Positions 26,385-41,592 of a stretch of 64,000 nt of DNA are shown one piece after another. A model generated the notes under the pieces. That model ran no database searches and had not been told where the DNA came from. It saw nothing but the letters and a program-made list of their open reading frames with translations. How positions within the stretch are numbered: the stretch's first letter is position 1; every line of letters starts with the position of its first letter. The DNA lies in assembly GCA_963798955.1 (NCBI GenBank), contig CAWCVO010000002.1, forward strand, positions 512,122 through 576,121, given 5' to 3'. The stretch comes from an uncultured Chloroflexia bacterium (GTDB taxonomy: Bacteria; Chloroflexota; Limnocylindria; Limnocylindrales; CSP1-4). Both the position numbers and the translations under genes were made by a program.

Positions 26385-27599
26385 TCAGGGCTGTACCGCC
26401 TGCTCTGCGCGGACGGCCGCCGGCGTGAGTTGCTCGGTCAGCAGGCGGAAGAAAAGCTCACGCTGGGCGGCCAGGTCGCCGGCCGACGAGCACCATGCCT
26501 CGAGCAGTGCCTCGCCCCCTGCGTAGCAGAAGACGTACGCACGCCAGAGCGGATGGCTGATGAACTCGAGGTCCTTGGCCGACTGCTCCTCCGTTCGCAG
26601 TGCCTCGCTCTCCAGCCAGCGCCGGACCTCATCCGCGGGCCTGTGCTCGACGTGGAGCAACAGCGCGGCATCACCGCCGCTGGCGCGCAAACCATGGAGC
26701 GCGCGATCGATCTGCCACTCGTCGCGCGCGCGTTGAGGCGACATGTCGATGCCCGCCCGTAGCGCAAGCGCAAGGAGCAGCTCCTGCCACTCCCCCTCGT
26801 CGAGCACGTACTGTTTGCCGAGCTCGGCCAAACCCTCGCTGATGAAGGCCTCCGGCGTGTTGATCAGTTGAACCGACGCCTCGGCACGGCCCTGCTCGCG
26901 GACCAGTCGCTGTTCCTTCCAGGCGTGCTCCAGGTGGTGCCCGGGGTATGCCTCGTGGGTGAGCAGTCCGGCGAGACTGGTCACGCGTACGGGCAGGTCG
27001 GTATTGATCTCGATGCGCGAGTGGAGATCACCGTCGTACCAGTTGTAGGCCGCCCACGGCTCGTCGCTGACGAGCGCGACGCTGAGCGACTCGCCGGTCG
27101 GTTGCGGAAAGAAACGGCGACATCGGGCGCCGATGTCGGCCAATGCGAATTCGACTACTTCCGCAAGGCGCTCGCGCGGGATGGCCAGGCTTTCGTCGCG
27201 TTGCGCGAGGCGCGAGCGCAGATCGCGGCCCGCCGGCAGCAGCGCAGCGAGCTCGGCTCGCACGCGCGCATAATCGGCCGCCGGGGTCAGCGCCGGCGCG
27301 GTCTGGAAACACAGCTCGACCTCGTCGAGATAGTCGATCTCCTCGCCGGCCAGGCGGCGCAGGATCGTCTCGAGCGCAACCAGCTGCGCCGTCAGCCAGG
27401 CGGCGCGCTGGCCAGTCGCCTCGATGGCCACGCGCTCGCGCAGTTCCCGCGCGCGCCGCGCGAGCTCGGCGGCGCCGATCTCTCGGCGCGCGGCGACCTC
27501 CGTGAGCTCCGCCGGCCCGTAGTACGCATCGACGACACCTTCCTGCAGACGACCTGCCGCGAGCGCGGTCAGCAGGTATTCACGAGCGAGGTCGTCCAT
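26385..27599 (-). CDS. DUF885-like putative zinc metallopeptidase
   Basis: THEAYPGHHLE zincin-like motif, ISEGLAE, YVFCYAGG. Confidence 0.7.
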   Translation of the reverse strand: MDDLAREYLLTALAAGRLQEGVVDAYYGPAELTEVAARREIGAAELARRARELRERVAIEATGQRAAWLTAQLVALETILRRLAGEEIDYLDEVELCFQTAPALTPAADYARVRAELAALLPAGRDLRSRLAQRDESLAIPRERLAEVVEFALADIGARCRRFFPQPTGESLSVALVSDEPWAAYNWYDGDLHSRIEINTDLPVRVTSLAGLLTHEAYPGHHLEHAWKEQRLVREQGRAEASVQLINTPEAFISEGLAELGKQYVLDEGEWQELLLALALRAGIDMSPQRARDEWQIDRALHGLRASGGDAALLLHVEHRPADEVRRWLESEALRTEEQSAKDLEFISHPLWRAYVFCYAGGEALLEAWCSSAGDLAAQRELFFRLLTEQLTPAAVRAEQAVQP

Positions 27600-27602
27600 G
27601 GA

Positions 27603-28400
27603 TCAGGCAGCGTCCAGCAGTCGCGCGCGCAGATCGAGCAGCTGCTCGCTCGACACGCCGGCGTCGAGCAGGTAGCGCTCGGCCGAGCCATACCTGGCGC
27701 GCATGTATTCCAGGGTGTCGAGCATCGCCTCGGGGCGCGGCCGGGCCAGCGCGCGCAGCCGCTCGCGCTCCACCTCCTGGTTGCTCATGGCGTCGAGCCA
27801 GTCGCTGATCAGGGGCTCGAAGTTGCGCGCCGTCAGCGCGTAGTCCTCGGCAATCTCGCGGTCGGCGACGCCGATTAGCGCCAGGCAAATGGCCACGATC
27901 ATGCCGGTGCGGTCCTTGCCGGCGTGGCAATGGATCAGAACGCCACCCGCTCGGGCGTCGGCCACCGCCGCCACGATTGCGCCGATGCCGCGCGTGTTGG
28001 CGTCGAGATCGATCCGGTTCAACTCCTCGCGGCTCTGGGCGGCCCGGTAGGCAGCGCTGACTTCCGCCCACGCCCGCTCGTCATGACCCAGCGTGAACGG
28101 CAGGTTCCGGTAGTCGACCACCGGCGGAGCAGCACCGGCGATGCCGTCGCTGCGGAAGGGATAGAGCTGCCAATCACGGGCCACCTCATCGGCACTGCGC
28201 ACGTCGACGATCGTGCCAACACCGTGATCGATCATTGCGCGCCGGCCGGCCGGGGTCAGCCGGATGAGTACATCAGAGCGAATGAGCGCGCCGCGTCTGA
28301 CATGACCGGCGGGCGTGGCGAGGCCGCCCAGGTCGCGGGCGTTGTAGCAAGCCTCCCAGGCAAGGATGCGGTCGGCGGGAGCGAGACTCGCAGCGGCCAC
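27603..28400 (-). CDS. Tyrosine/dual-specificity phosphatase (Y_phosphatase3)
   Basis: YNARDLGG, IVDVRS, HCHAGKDRTG P-loop, IAEDYALT. Confidence 0.9.
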   Translation of the reverse strand: MAAASLAPADRILAWEACYNARDLGGLATPAGHVRRGALIRSDVLIRLTPAGRRAMIDHGVGTIVDVRSADEVARDWQLYPFRSDGIAGAAPPVVDYRNLPFTLGHDERAWAEVSAAYRAAQSREELNRIDLDANTRGIGAIVAAVADARAGGVLIHCHAGKDRTGMIVAICLALIGVADREIAEDYALTARNFEPLISDWLDAMSNQEVERERLRALARPRPEAMLDTLEYMRARYGSAERYLLDAGVSSEQLLDLRARLLDAA

Positions 28401-28408
28401 CGCGCTGC

Positions 28409-31378
<2,970 letters not shown>

Positions 31379-31417
31379 GGGAAATTCCAGTATAGGCCGG
31401 GTGGTCCCCGTTCCCGA

Positions 31418-31654
31418 TCAGGCGGCCAGGTGCCAGAGCCCCACGCCGTAGCCGACGAAGATGATTGCGAAGGTCAGCGCAGCGAGTGCCAGCCAGAAGA
31501 GGACGGCGAGGCGCGAGCTGGTCGGCTGCATCTCGGGATTGGCCAGTCGGGCCGGCTTCCAACGCCGCGAGCGCAGCCGGCTACGCCAGGTGAGCTGCTC
31601 GACGGGGGTGGGCTCGAGGCCATCGGGGGTTGGTCGATAGAGCTTCAGCGACAT
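31418..31654 (-). CDS. Small hypothetical membrane protein (78 aa, C-terminal TM)
   Basis: ATG 2 nt after the prs stop. MSLKLYRPTPDGLEP...AVLFWLALAALTFAIIFVGYGVGLW. Confidence 0.65.
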   Translation of the reverse strand: MSLKLYRPTPDGLEPTPVEQLTWRSRLRSRRWKPARLANPEMQPTSSRLAVLFWLALAALTFAIIFVGYGVGLWHLAA

Positions 31655-31656
31655 GT

Positions 31657-32748
31657 TCAGTGGATCGAGGGTAGCGCGGCCGGCGCCGGTGCGCCATCGG
31701 GTCCGGCTTCCACGAACGGAGCGGTGTCGGAGTCCGCCTCGTCCCACAGCAGCATCTCCTGCACCAGCTCGAGATCGCTCGAGAACAGCGCCCCGACCAA
31801 TTCGCCGCGGTGGATGCGTCGGATCGCCTCGCCGATCAGCGGCGCGACCGACAGCACCTTGATGATCGGCAGCCGTCGCGCGGGCGTGAGCGGCACCGTG
31901 TCGGTGATGACCACCTCGGTGATTTCCGAGTTGCGCAGCCGGTCGGTGGCGGGATCGGACAGGATGCCGTGGGTGGCGCACGCGTAGATCTCGGTAACCC
32001 CCTCGCGGATCAGTGCGCGCTCGATCTCCATCAGCGTGCTCGCCGTGTCGATCTCGTCGTCGACGATGATTGCCCGCTTGCCCTTCACCTCGCCGATGAC
32101 GTTCAGCAGCTCGGCCGTGCCCAGGTTTCCCGGGCGACGTTTCTCGATCACCGCCAGGGGTGCCTCGAGGATCTCCGCGAACGTGCGCGCCCGCTTGGCG
32201 AAGCCAAGATCGGTGACCACGACGAGGTCATCGAGATCGAGGCGCTTGAAGTAGTTCGAGAGCATGTGGACCGCCGTCAGCTCGTCGACGGGGATCGAGA
32301 AGAAGCCCTGGATCTGGCCCTGGTGAAGGTCCATGGTCAGCAGGCGATCGGCCCCGGCAACGCTGATCATGTCGGCGATCAGGCGCGCCGTGATCGGCAC
32401 GCGCGGCTGGTCCTTCTTGTCGGAACGGCCATATGCGTAGTAGGGAATGACGGCCGTGATCCGGCCCGCACTGGCCCGCTTGAAAGCGTCGATCATGATC
32501 AGCAGCTCCATGATCGATTTCTGGACCGGCCGGCTGGTCGGCTGGATCAGGAAGACGTCGCGATCGCGGGCGTTGTCCTCGATGCGAACGAAGATGTTCT
32601 CGTTGGCGAACTCGAACACCTCTGCGTGGCCCAGCCCGCAATTCAGGTAGCGCGCGATCTTGCGCGCCAACTCCGGGTTGGAGTTGCCGGCGTACAGGTC
32701 GAATTGATCGTCATAGCCACTGGCGGCACGGCTGCCGAAGGCGGTCAC
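31657..32748 (-). CDS. prs: Ribose-phosphate pyrophosphokinase
   Basis: FANENIFV, IPYYAYGRSDKKD, MDLHQGQIQGFF, IVDDEIDTA, CATHGILS. Confidence 0.95.
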   Translation of the reverse strand: MTAFGSRAASGYDDQFDLYAGNSNPELARKIARYLNCGLGHAEVFEFANENIFVRIEDNARDRDVFLIQPTSRPVQKSIMELLIMIDAFKRASAGRITAVIPYYAYGRSDKKDQPRVPITARLIADMISVAGADRLLTMDLHQGQIQGFFSIPVDELTAVHMLSNYFKRLDLDDLVVVTDLGFAKRARTFAEILEAPLAVIEKRRPGNLGTAELLNVIGEVKGKRAIIVDDEIDTASTLMEIERALIREGVTEIYACATHGILSDPATDRLRNSEITEVVITDTVPLTPARRLPIIKVLSVAPLIGEAIRRIHRGELVGALFSSDLELVQEMLLWDEADSDTAPFVEAGPDGAPAPAALPSIH

Positions 32749-32783
32749 GGGCACCCTCCGAGCGGGATGCCATTGTCCGGCAT

Positions 32784-35324
32784 CTAGGCCGGCTCTGCCA
32801 GTCCCTCGCCGTCTTCGGGCGGCGCGCCATCGCGCTCCTCGACCCGGAAGACGGCGATGCCGGCCACCACGTCGCCCTCGTTGAGACGCATGACGATCAC
32901 GCCGCGCGCCTGGGCGCCGTAGCGATTGACGCTTTGCACGTCGGTCCTCACCACCTGGCCCTCGCGGCTGATGAGCAGCAGCTCTTCGTCCTGCTCGTCG
33001 ACGAGCTCGACGGCTGCCACGCGGCCGGTCTTGGCTCCCTCGATGGGGATCAGGGTGACGCCCTGGCCGCCGCGGTGCTTGACGCGGAATTCAGATAGCG
33101 CAACGCGCTTGCCGTACCCGGTTTCGGTCAGCACCAGGATGTCGTGATCCGGCCGGGGCACGCCCATGCCCACGACCGTGTCACCCTGGCGCGCGAGCCG
33201 GATGCCGATGACGCCCGCGGCGTCGCGGCCCATGGCCCGTACTTCCTTCTCGTTGAAGCGGGCGATCCGGCCCTGTGCGGTGGTGAGCACGATGTCGTCA
33301 TTGCCCGACGAGACGCCAACCCAGGCGAGTTCGTCGTCCTCGGCGACAGTGATCGCGCGAATGCCGGTCGAGCGCACCCGTTCGAACTGTTCTACGGGAG
33401 TCTTCTTGATGATCCCGCGCCGGGTGGCCATGACCATGTTGTGGCCACGCTCGAAGTTGGGCGTCGTCACTATCGCCAGCACGAGCTCGCCCGGATCGAG
33501 CTGCACGCCCTCGAGGTTGATGACCGGCATGCCCTTCGACGTACGCTCGGAGGGCGCCGGGATGGCATGCACCTTGGAGCTGAAGACGCGGCCACGATTC
33601 GTGAAGAACAGCACCCAGTCGTGCGTGCCTGCGACGAGCAGGTGCTCGACGGCATCCTCCTCGACCGTGCGCGCGCCGATGATGCCCTTGCCGCCGCGGA
33701 TCTGGCGACGGTAGTTGGCGAGCGGTTGGCGCTTGATGTAGCCGCGCGTCGAAACCGTCACGACGACGTCCTCGTCGGCGATCAGGTCCTCGTCGGTCAG
33801 TTCGCGGTCGGCGTCCTCCTGGACGCGCGTCAGGCGATGGCCGGAGAACTTGTCGGCCAGCTCGCGCAATTCCTCCTTGATGATCGCCAGCACGCGCGCC
33901 GGGTTGGCGAGGATGTCCTCGAGCTCGGCGATGAACTTGATCGTCGCGAGGTACTCGTCCTCGATCTTCTTGCGCTCGAGGGCCGCCAACCGGCGCAGCT
34001 GCATCTCGAGGATGGCATTGGCCTGGATCTCGGACAGCTCGAAGCGGCTCATCAGGTTGCCCCGCGCGGTCTCGACATCGGCCGACTCGCGGATCGTCTT
34101 GATCACCGCGTCGAGGTTGTCCAACGCGACCTTGAGGCCCTCGAGGATGTGCGCCCGATCGCGCGCCTTGCCCAGGTCGAACTCGGTGCGCCGGCGAACG
34201 ACCTCGCGGCGCCAGTCGATGTGGTGCTGGAGGACCTGCTTGAGTGGCAGCGTCTGTGGCTGGCCGTCGACGAGGGCCAGCATGTTCATGTTGAAGGCCA
34301 GTTTGAGCGCCGTGTGCTTGAAGAGGTTGTTGAGCACCTTGCGCGGCGGCGCGTCGCGCTTGCACTCGATCACGAGGCGCATGCCGTCGCGATCGGATTC
34401 GTCGCGAATGTCGGCGATGCCGTCGATCTTCTTCTGCTGCACCAGGTCGGCGATCTTCTCGGCGAGGCTCGCCTTGTTGACCTGGAACGGCAGCTCGGTG
34501 ACCACGATCGCGGTGCGTTGTGCGCGCGTTTCCTCGAAAGCGACGGCCGCCTGCATGATGATCCGGCCGCGGCCGTGCGCGTACATGTCCCTGATGGCGT
34601 CCACCTGCTCCCACTGGCCGGTGACGCTGTTGCGTCGCCGGTCGAAGCGGAAGACCGTCGCGCCGGTCGGGAAGTCCGGGCCGTTGACGAAGCCGCACAG
34701 CTCGTCGTTCGTCAATTGCGGATTGTCGATCAGGGCGATCGTGGCATCGGCGATCTCGCCCAGGTTGTGGGGCGGGATGTTGGTGGCCATGCCCACCGCG
34801 ATACCTGACGAACCATTGACCAACAGGTTGGGCAGCTTGGCCGGCAGAACTTCCGGCTGCATGCGCGTCCCGTCGTAGTTCTCGACGAAGTCAACGGTCT
34901 GCTTGTCGATGTCGGCAAGCACCTCGCTGGCGATTGCCGTCATGCGTGCTTCGGTGTATCTCATGGCCGCCGGTGGATCACCGTCGACCGATCCGAAGTT
35001 GCCCTGCCCGTCGATCAGCGGGTAGCGCAGCGAGAAAGTCTGTGCCAGGCGGACCAGGGCGTCGTACAAAGCCGCATCGCCATGTGGGTGGTACTTGCCC
35101 ATCACCTCGCCGACGATGGCGGCGCACTTGCGGTAGCTCGCCGTCGAGGTCAGGCCCATCTCGTGCATCGTGTACAGGATCCGGCGGTGAACTGGCTTCA
35201 GGCCGTCGCGCACGTCGGGCAGCGCACGGCTGACGATCACGCTCATGGCGTAGTCGAGATAGCTGATCCGCAGCTCGTCCTCGATGCGGATGGGCACGAT
35301 GCGCCCGGTGGTGGGGTCGGTCAT
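32784..35324 (-). CDS. gyrA: DNA gyrase subunit A
   Basis: [29 protein letters not shown], GyrA-box QIRGGKG, CTD blades. Confidence 0.97.
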   Translation of the reverse strand: MTDPTTGRIVPIRIEDELRISYLDYAMSVIVSRALPDVRDGLKPVHRRILYTMHEMGLTSTASYRKCAAIVGEVMGKYHPHGDAALYDALVRLAQTFSLRYPLIDGQGNFGSVDGDPPAAMRYTEARMTAIASEVLADIDKQTVDFVENYDGTRMQPEVLPAKLPNLLVNGSSGIAVGMATNIPPHNLGEIADATIALIDNPQLTNDELCGFVNGPDFPTGATVFRFDRRRNSVTGQWEQVDAIRDMYAHGRGRIIMQAAVAFEETRAQRTAIVVTELPFQVNKASLAEKIADLVQQKKIDGIADIRDESDRDGMRLVIECKRDAPPRKVLNNLFKHTALKLAFNMNMLALVDGQPQTLPLKQVLQHHIDWRREVVRRRTEFDLGKARDRAHILEGLKVALDNLDAVIKTIRESADVETARGNLMSRFELSEIQANAILEMQLRRLAALERKKIEDEYLATIKFIAELEDILANPARVLAIIKEELRELADKFSGHRLTRVQEDADRELTDEDLIADEDVVVTVSTRGYIKRQPLANYRRQIRGGKGIIGARTVEEDAVEHLLVAGTHDWVLFFTNRGRVFSSKVHAIPAPSERTSKGMPVINLEGVQLDPGELVLAIVTTPNFERGHNMVMATRRGIIKKTPVEQFERVRSTGIRAITVAEDDELAWVGVSSGNDDIVLTTAQGRIARFNEKEVRAMGRDAAGVIGIRLARQGDTVVGMGVPRPDHDILVLTETGYGKRVALSEFRVKHRGGQGVTLIPIEGAKTGRVAAVELVDEQDEELLLISREGQVVRTDVQSVNRYGAQARGVIVMRLNEGDVVAGIAVFRVEERDGAPPEDGEGLAEPA

Positions 35325-36334
35325 CTACGGATACCCGCGTTCAGCTGACGTTCGCCCTGCTCGGCGACTGCCTGGTCGGCGAGCCGGCCCATGTCCGTGA
35401 AATCGCGGGCGACCTGGCCGGCCTCGCTGGTGGACGGCTGATCTGCTCGCCGCCGCACGCTCGCGAGCAGCCGTCGAATCTCAGCCGCAAACGGAACGGG
35501 CATGGAAGGTGCGCTGAGGGCATCACGCAGGACCCAGGCTCGATGCCCGTCGTCGGTCGCGACGGCCCGCTCGGCCTCCTCGCGAATGAACGTCTCGACG
35601 GGTGCCGGGTCGACCGGGTGCCACGACCGCAGCGCCCAGGCGAGCGCCTTCTGGACCTCAGGTCGGTTGTCGCCGATCAGTGATTTGATCATCATCAAAA
35701 CGCGCTGCCCATTCACGACCAGTTCCGCACGGTTCGCGTTCGGCCATTCATGAGGCAGTGTGGCAATCGTCGAAGCGACCAGCCGCCGTTCCCAGACATG
35801 ATCCGAATAGACGAGCTGCTCGACCTCGGCCCACCGGAAGGGTTCAAGAACGATCCCCTGCGCGACCAGTCCGGCGAGCGAATCGACGGCAATCCAGTCA
35901 GCTGCGACGTGTGCCATCCGCCTGATCAGCTGCCACGCCCGTTCAGGATCGTCCGCCAGCGCCCTGCTCAGGGCGCGCTGACCCAGAACAGTCAGTTCTC
36001 GTTCGTCCTCGTCCGCCAGGCGTTGCGCCAACCAGAGTGCGCTGGCGGCTGACGACTCCGCGAGCGGTTCACGCAGTTGGCGCGCCACCGTGCCGAGCAG
36101 GGGGTTGCGCACTCCGAACGCCGACGTTGAGCCGGGCACCACGCGCGCCAGCTCGGCCTGGTACGCGCTGTCGGCAAGAGCCGTCAATCCGCGGCGGGCG
36201 ACAGCCACGAAGCGCTCGGGGTCATCGATCAATTCGGCGAGTTCGCTGCCGAGATCGCGCGCCTGAGACTGGCGCTCCGCGACGAGCACATGCGCTCGCG
36301 CGTTGGTCGGCGAGCGGGTCGCGCTCGAGCTCAT
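35321..36334 (-). CDS. DNA alkylation repair (AlkD-like HEAT repeat) protein
   Basis: [33 protein letters not shown] helical repeats. Confidence 0.75.
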   Translation of the reverse strand: MSSSATRSPTNARAHVLVAERQSQARDLGSELAELIDDPERFVAVARRGLTALADSAYQAELARVVPGSTSAFGVRNPLLGTVARQLREPLAESSAASALWLAQRLADEDERELTVLGQRALSRALADDPERAWQLIRRMAHVAADWIAVDSLAGLVAQGIVLEPFRWAEVEQLVYSDHVWERRLVASTIATLPHEWPNANRAELVVNGQRVLMMIKSLIGDNRPEVQKALAWALRSWHPVDPAPVETFIREEAERAVATDDGHRAWVLRDALSAPSMPVPFAAEIRRLLASVRRRADQPSTSEAGQVARDFTDMGRLADQAVAEQGERQLNAGIRR

Positions 36335-36879
36335 GGCTTCTCCGCGGTCACGCCGTCGCGGCCGACGGGAACCATGTGGAAGCGGTACGCCGCCCGCAGC
36401 TCGGCCTTTCTGTCTTCGGGCGCGGCGATGTAGCGCCCCTCGGCCGTGGCCATCAGCGCTCCGTCGTGGTCACGAATCCGCCCCCGCGTGCGGAACAGCC
36501 GGCGTGTCGCCTCGACGACCTCACCTTCGACCCGGATCGACTGGGGCACCGTAACCGGACGCAGGTAACGGACGGTGAGCTCGGCGGTCACGCCCCAGCA
36601 GTCATGCTCGAACAGGGCCCAGCCCATGAGCTCATCGAGCAATGTGGCCAGGATTCCGCCATGTGCGGTGTCCGCCCAGCCGACGAAGTCGGCGCCGAGG
36701 GTGACCTCCGTCCAGGCACGCCCGGCAGTGGCGTAGATCGGAGCGCGGAAACCGCGCTCATTCAGCTCACCGCACACGAAGCAATGGTGCGGGTCGACCG
36801 CGAAGCGATAGGTCTGCCCGTCATGTGGCACGGGCGAACCGACGGGTTCGGTCGTAGCCAGGACGTCGCGCTCGGACAT
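36331..36879 (-). CDS. PaaI family hotdog thioesterase
   Basis: CFVCGELNERG, AHGGILATLLDELMG, TAELTVRYLRPV. Confidence 0.85.
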   Translation of the reverse strand: MSERDVLATTEPVGSPVPHDGQTYRFAVDPHHCFVCGELNERGFRAPIYATAGRAWTEVTLGADFVGWADTAHGGILATLLDELMGWALFEHDCWGVTAELTVRYLRPVTVPQSIRVEGEVVEATRRLFRTRGRIRDHDGALMATAEGRYIAAPEDRKAELRAAYRFHMVPVGRDGVTAEKP

Positions 36880-36886
36880 GGGCGCT

Positions 36887-39728
<2,842 letters not shown>

Positions 39729-39732
<4 letters not shown>

Positions 39733-40529
39733 GCGCCCACGCTCATGACTTGTGCCGATGGCTGACGCGCCGAGCCATTCCGAGCGAGGACCTCGTCGGT
39801 CAACGCGTGGTAGGCATGTGCCCCGCGGGACTCGGGGCTGTAGCGGGCGATCGGCCGGCCGTAGCTAGGTGCTTCGGCAAGGCGGACGCTACGCGGGATG
39901 ATCGAGCCGAACACGTTCGCGCCCAGATGGCGGCGCACCTCCTTGGCCACGTCGGCCGAGAGCGTCGTCCGAGCGTCGTACATGGTCAGCAGGACGCCAG
40001 CCAGCCGGAGGCGCGGGTTCAGGTTGTCGCGTACGAGATCGATGGTAGCCAGCAATTGGCTGAGTCCTTCCAGGGCGTAGTACTCACATTGGATCGGCAC
40101 GAGGACGCTGTCCGCGGCAGTCAACGCGTTGATCGTGATGAGTCCGACTGCTGGCGGGCAGTCGAGCAGGATGTAGTCGAACTCGGAACGAATGGACTGC
40201 AACGCTCGGTCGAGCCGACGTTCCCGTTGTGGCAATGCCACCAGCTCGACCTCCGCTCCGGCCAAGTCCTGGCCGGAGGGGATGATCGACAGTCCGCTGA
40301 TCTGAGTGGGCTGGACCAATTCGGCTCCGGATTGACGATCGAGCAACGCGGGGTAGATCGAAGAGTGCGTCTTACTGACCCCCATGCCGCTCGTCGCGTT
40401 GCCCTGCGGATCGAGATCGATGAGCAGGACGCGCCGCTCAGCGAGCGCGAGATACGTCGAGAGATTGATGACGGTGGTGGTCTTGCCGACGCCGCCCTTC
40501 TGGTTCGCGCAGGCTATAACGACGCCCAC
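39729..40529 (-). CDS. parA: ParA/Soj ATPase
   Basis: ANQKGGVGKTTT, DLDPQGNAT, DCPP, QCEYYALEGL, LAEAPSYG. Confidence 0.96.
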
Positions 40530-40785
40530 TCAACAGCCGAGGCGGTTCAGGTCCACGACTATGGATTCTATCTGAAACACCCTCCAGCGTGGCCCGACCG
40601 GCACTCTCGACATTGTCCGCGCGGGTCCTTATCGGGTGCTTACCTGCCGCTTAGCCGCGATGTACCGGTATTCCATGACGCAATCCCACGACCCCGCCTG
40701 CCGCCGCCTGCAGCCGCCGCCCAGTGTGGCTGGTGAGCCTGCCCCCAGGGCGGACTCGCGGGATACTCCGTTTGATGAAGCTCAG

Positions 40786-40915
40786 CGTTTCACGTGGAAC
40801 TTGCCTCTGCCCAGTGATGGGTACGTTTCACGTGGAACTTGCTTCTGCCCAGTGATGGGTCCGTTTCACGTGGAACTTGCCTCTGCTCAGTGATGGGGAC
40901 GTTTCACGTGGAACA
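40786..40915 (+). repeat. 38-bp tandem repeat (3.4 copies) carrying four parS sites
   Basis: CGTTTCACGTGGAAC starts at 40786, 40824, 40862 and 40900, with near-identical 23-nt spacers. It matches the parS consensus TGTTNCACGTGAAACA and lies upstream of parAB. Confidence 0.9.
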
Positions 40916-41069
40916 CGGAGCGAGGACGGCCGGCGAGCCACGCACCGAGGTTGGGGCACCGTGGTGATTGTTCCAGGCGCCGCAGCGGAGCCGGTTCTTC
41001 GGCCGTCCTATACTCGGCCGGCGGCGGGCACGACCTCCCCTCCGCTCTCCAATTCCTGGGGCTTCTATC

Positions 41070-41570
41070 TTGACCATTCCTTTTGCTGCGCTGGCCGCGC
41101 TGCTCGCGGCGCTGCTTGAAACCTCCGTACTGCCTGAGATCCCGATCGCCGGTGCGACCGTGGACCTGGTTCTCGTGTGCGCGGTCGCTGCGGTCTTGGC
41201 GCTGGGGGTGGTCGACGGCCTGGTGGCGGCTTTCGTGGGTGGCCTGCTGATTGACCTACTGGTTCCAGCGCGCCCGCTCGGGGCGGCGACGTTCTCTCTG
41301 CTGGTGGTCACGGGAGTCGCGGCACTGGCCGGTTCTGCTCTGAGCAGCAGCCGGCGTCTCGCAGCGTTTGGCCTTGGCTTCCTGCTGACGATCGCTTATG
41401 AGGTCGTCCTGTCATTGGTACTCGTCCTGACCGAGAACGCGCCGCTGTCCTTGTCGCCGGGAGGCATCCTTGCGGCCGCCGTCGCGAGCGCGATCCTCGT
41501 CGTGCCTCTCGTCGCCATCTTCTCGCTGTTGGAGCGACGGTTCGGCCCAGTCGAGCGGTCGCCGTGGTGA
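41070..41570 (+). CDS. mreD: Rod shape-determining protein MreD
   Basis: Highly hydrophobic. PEIPIAGATVDLVLV...AFVGGLLIDLL...RPLGA. Precedes mrdA-rodA, with TATACT at 41009-41014. Confidence 0.75.
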   Translation: MTIPFAALAALLAALLETSVLPEIPIAGATVDLVLVCAVAAVLALGVVDGLVAAFVGGLLIDLLVPARPLGAATFSLLVVTGVAALAGSALSSSRRLAAFGLGFLLTIAYEVVLSLVLVLTENAPLSLSPGGILAAAVASAILVVPLVAIFSLLERRFGPVERSPW

Positions 41571-41592
41571 AACTTGCCCGGCGGGCCGCGCG

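Noticed and set aside
40786-40915. Possible CRISPR array (regularly spaced palindromic repeats)
   Set aside because: The spacers are near-identical, the period is only 38 bp, there are no cas genes, and the repeat matches parS next to parAB.
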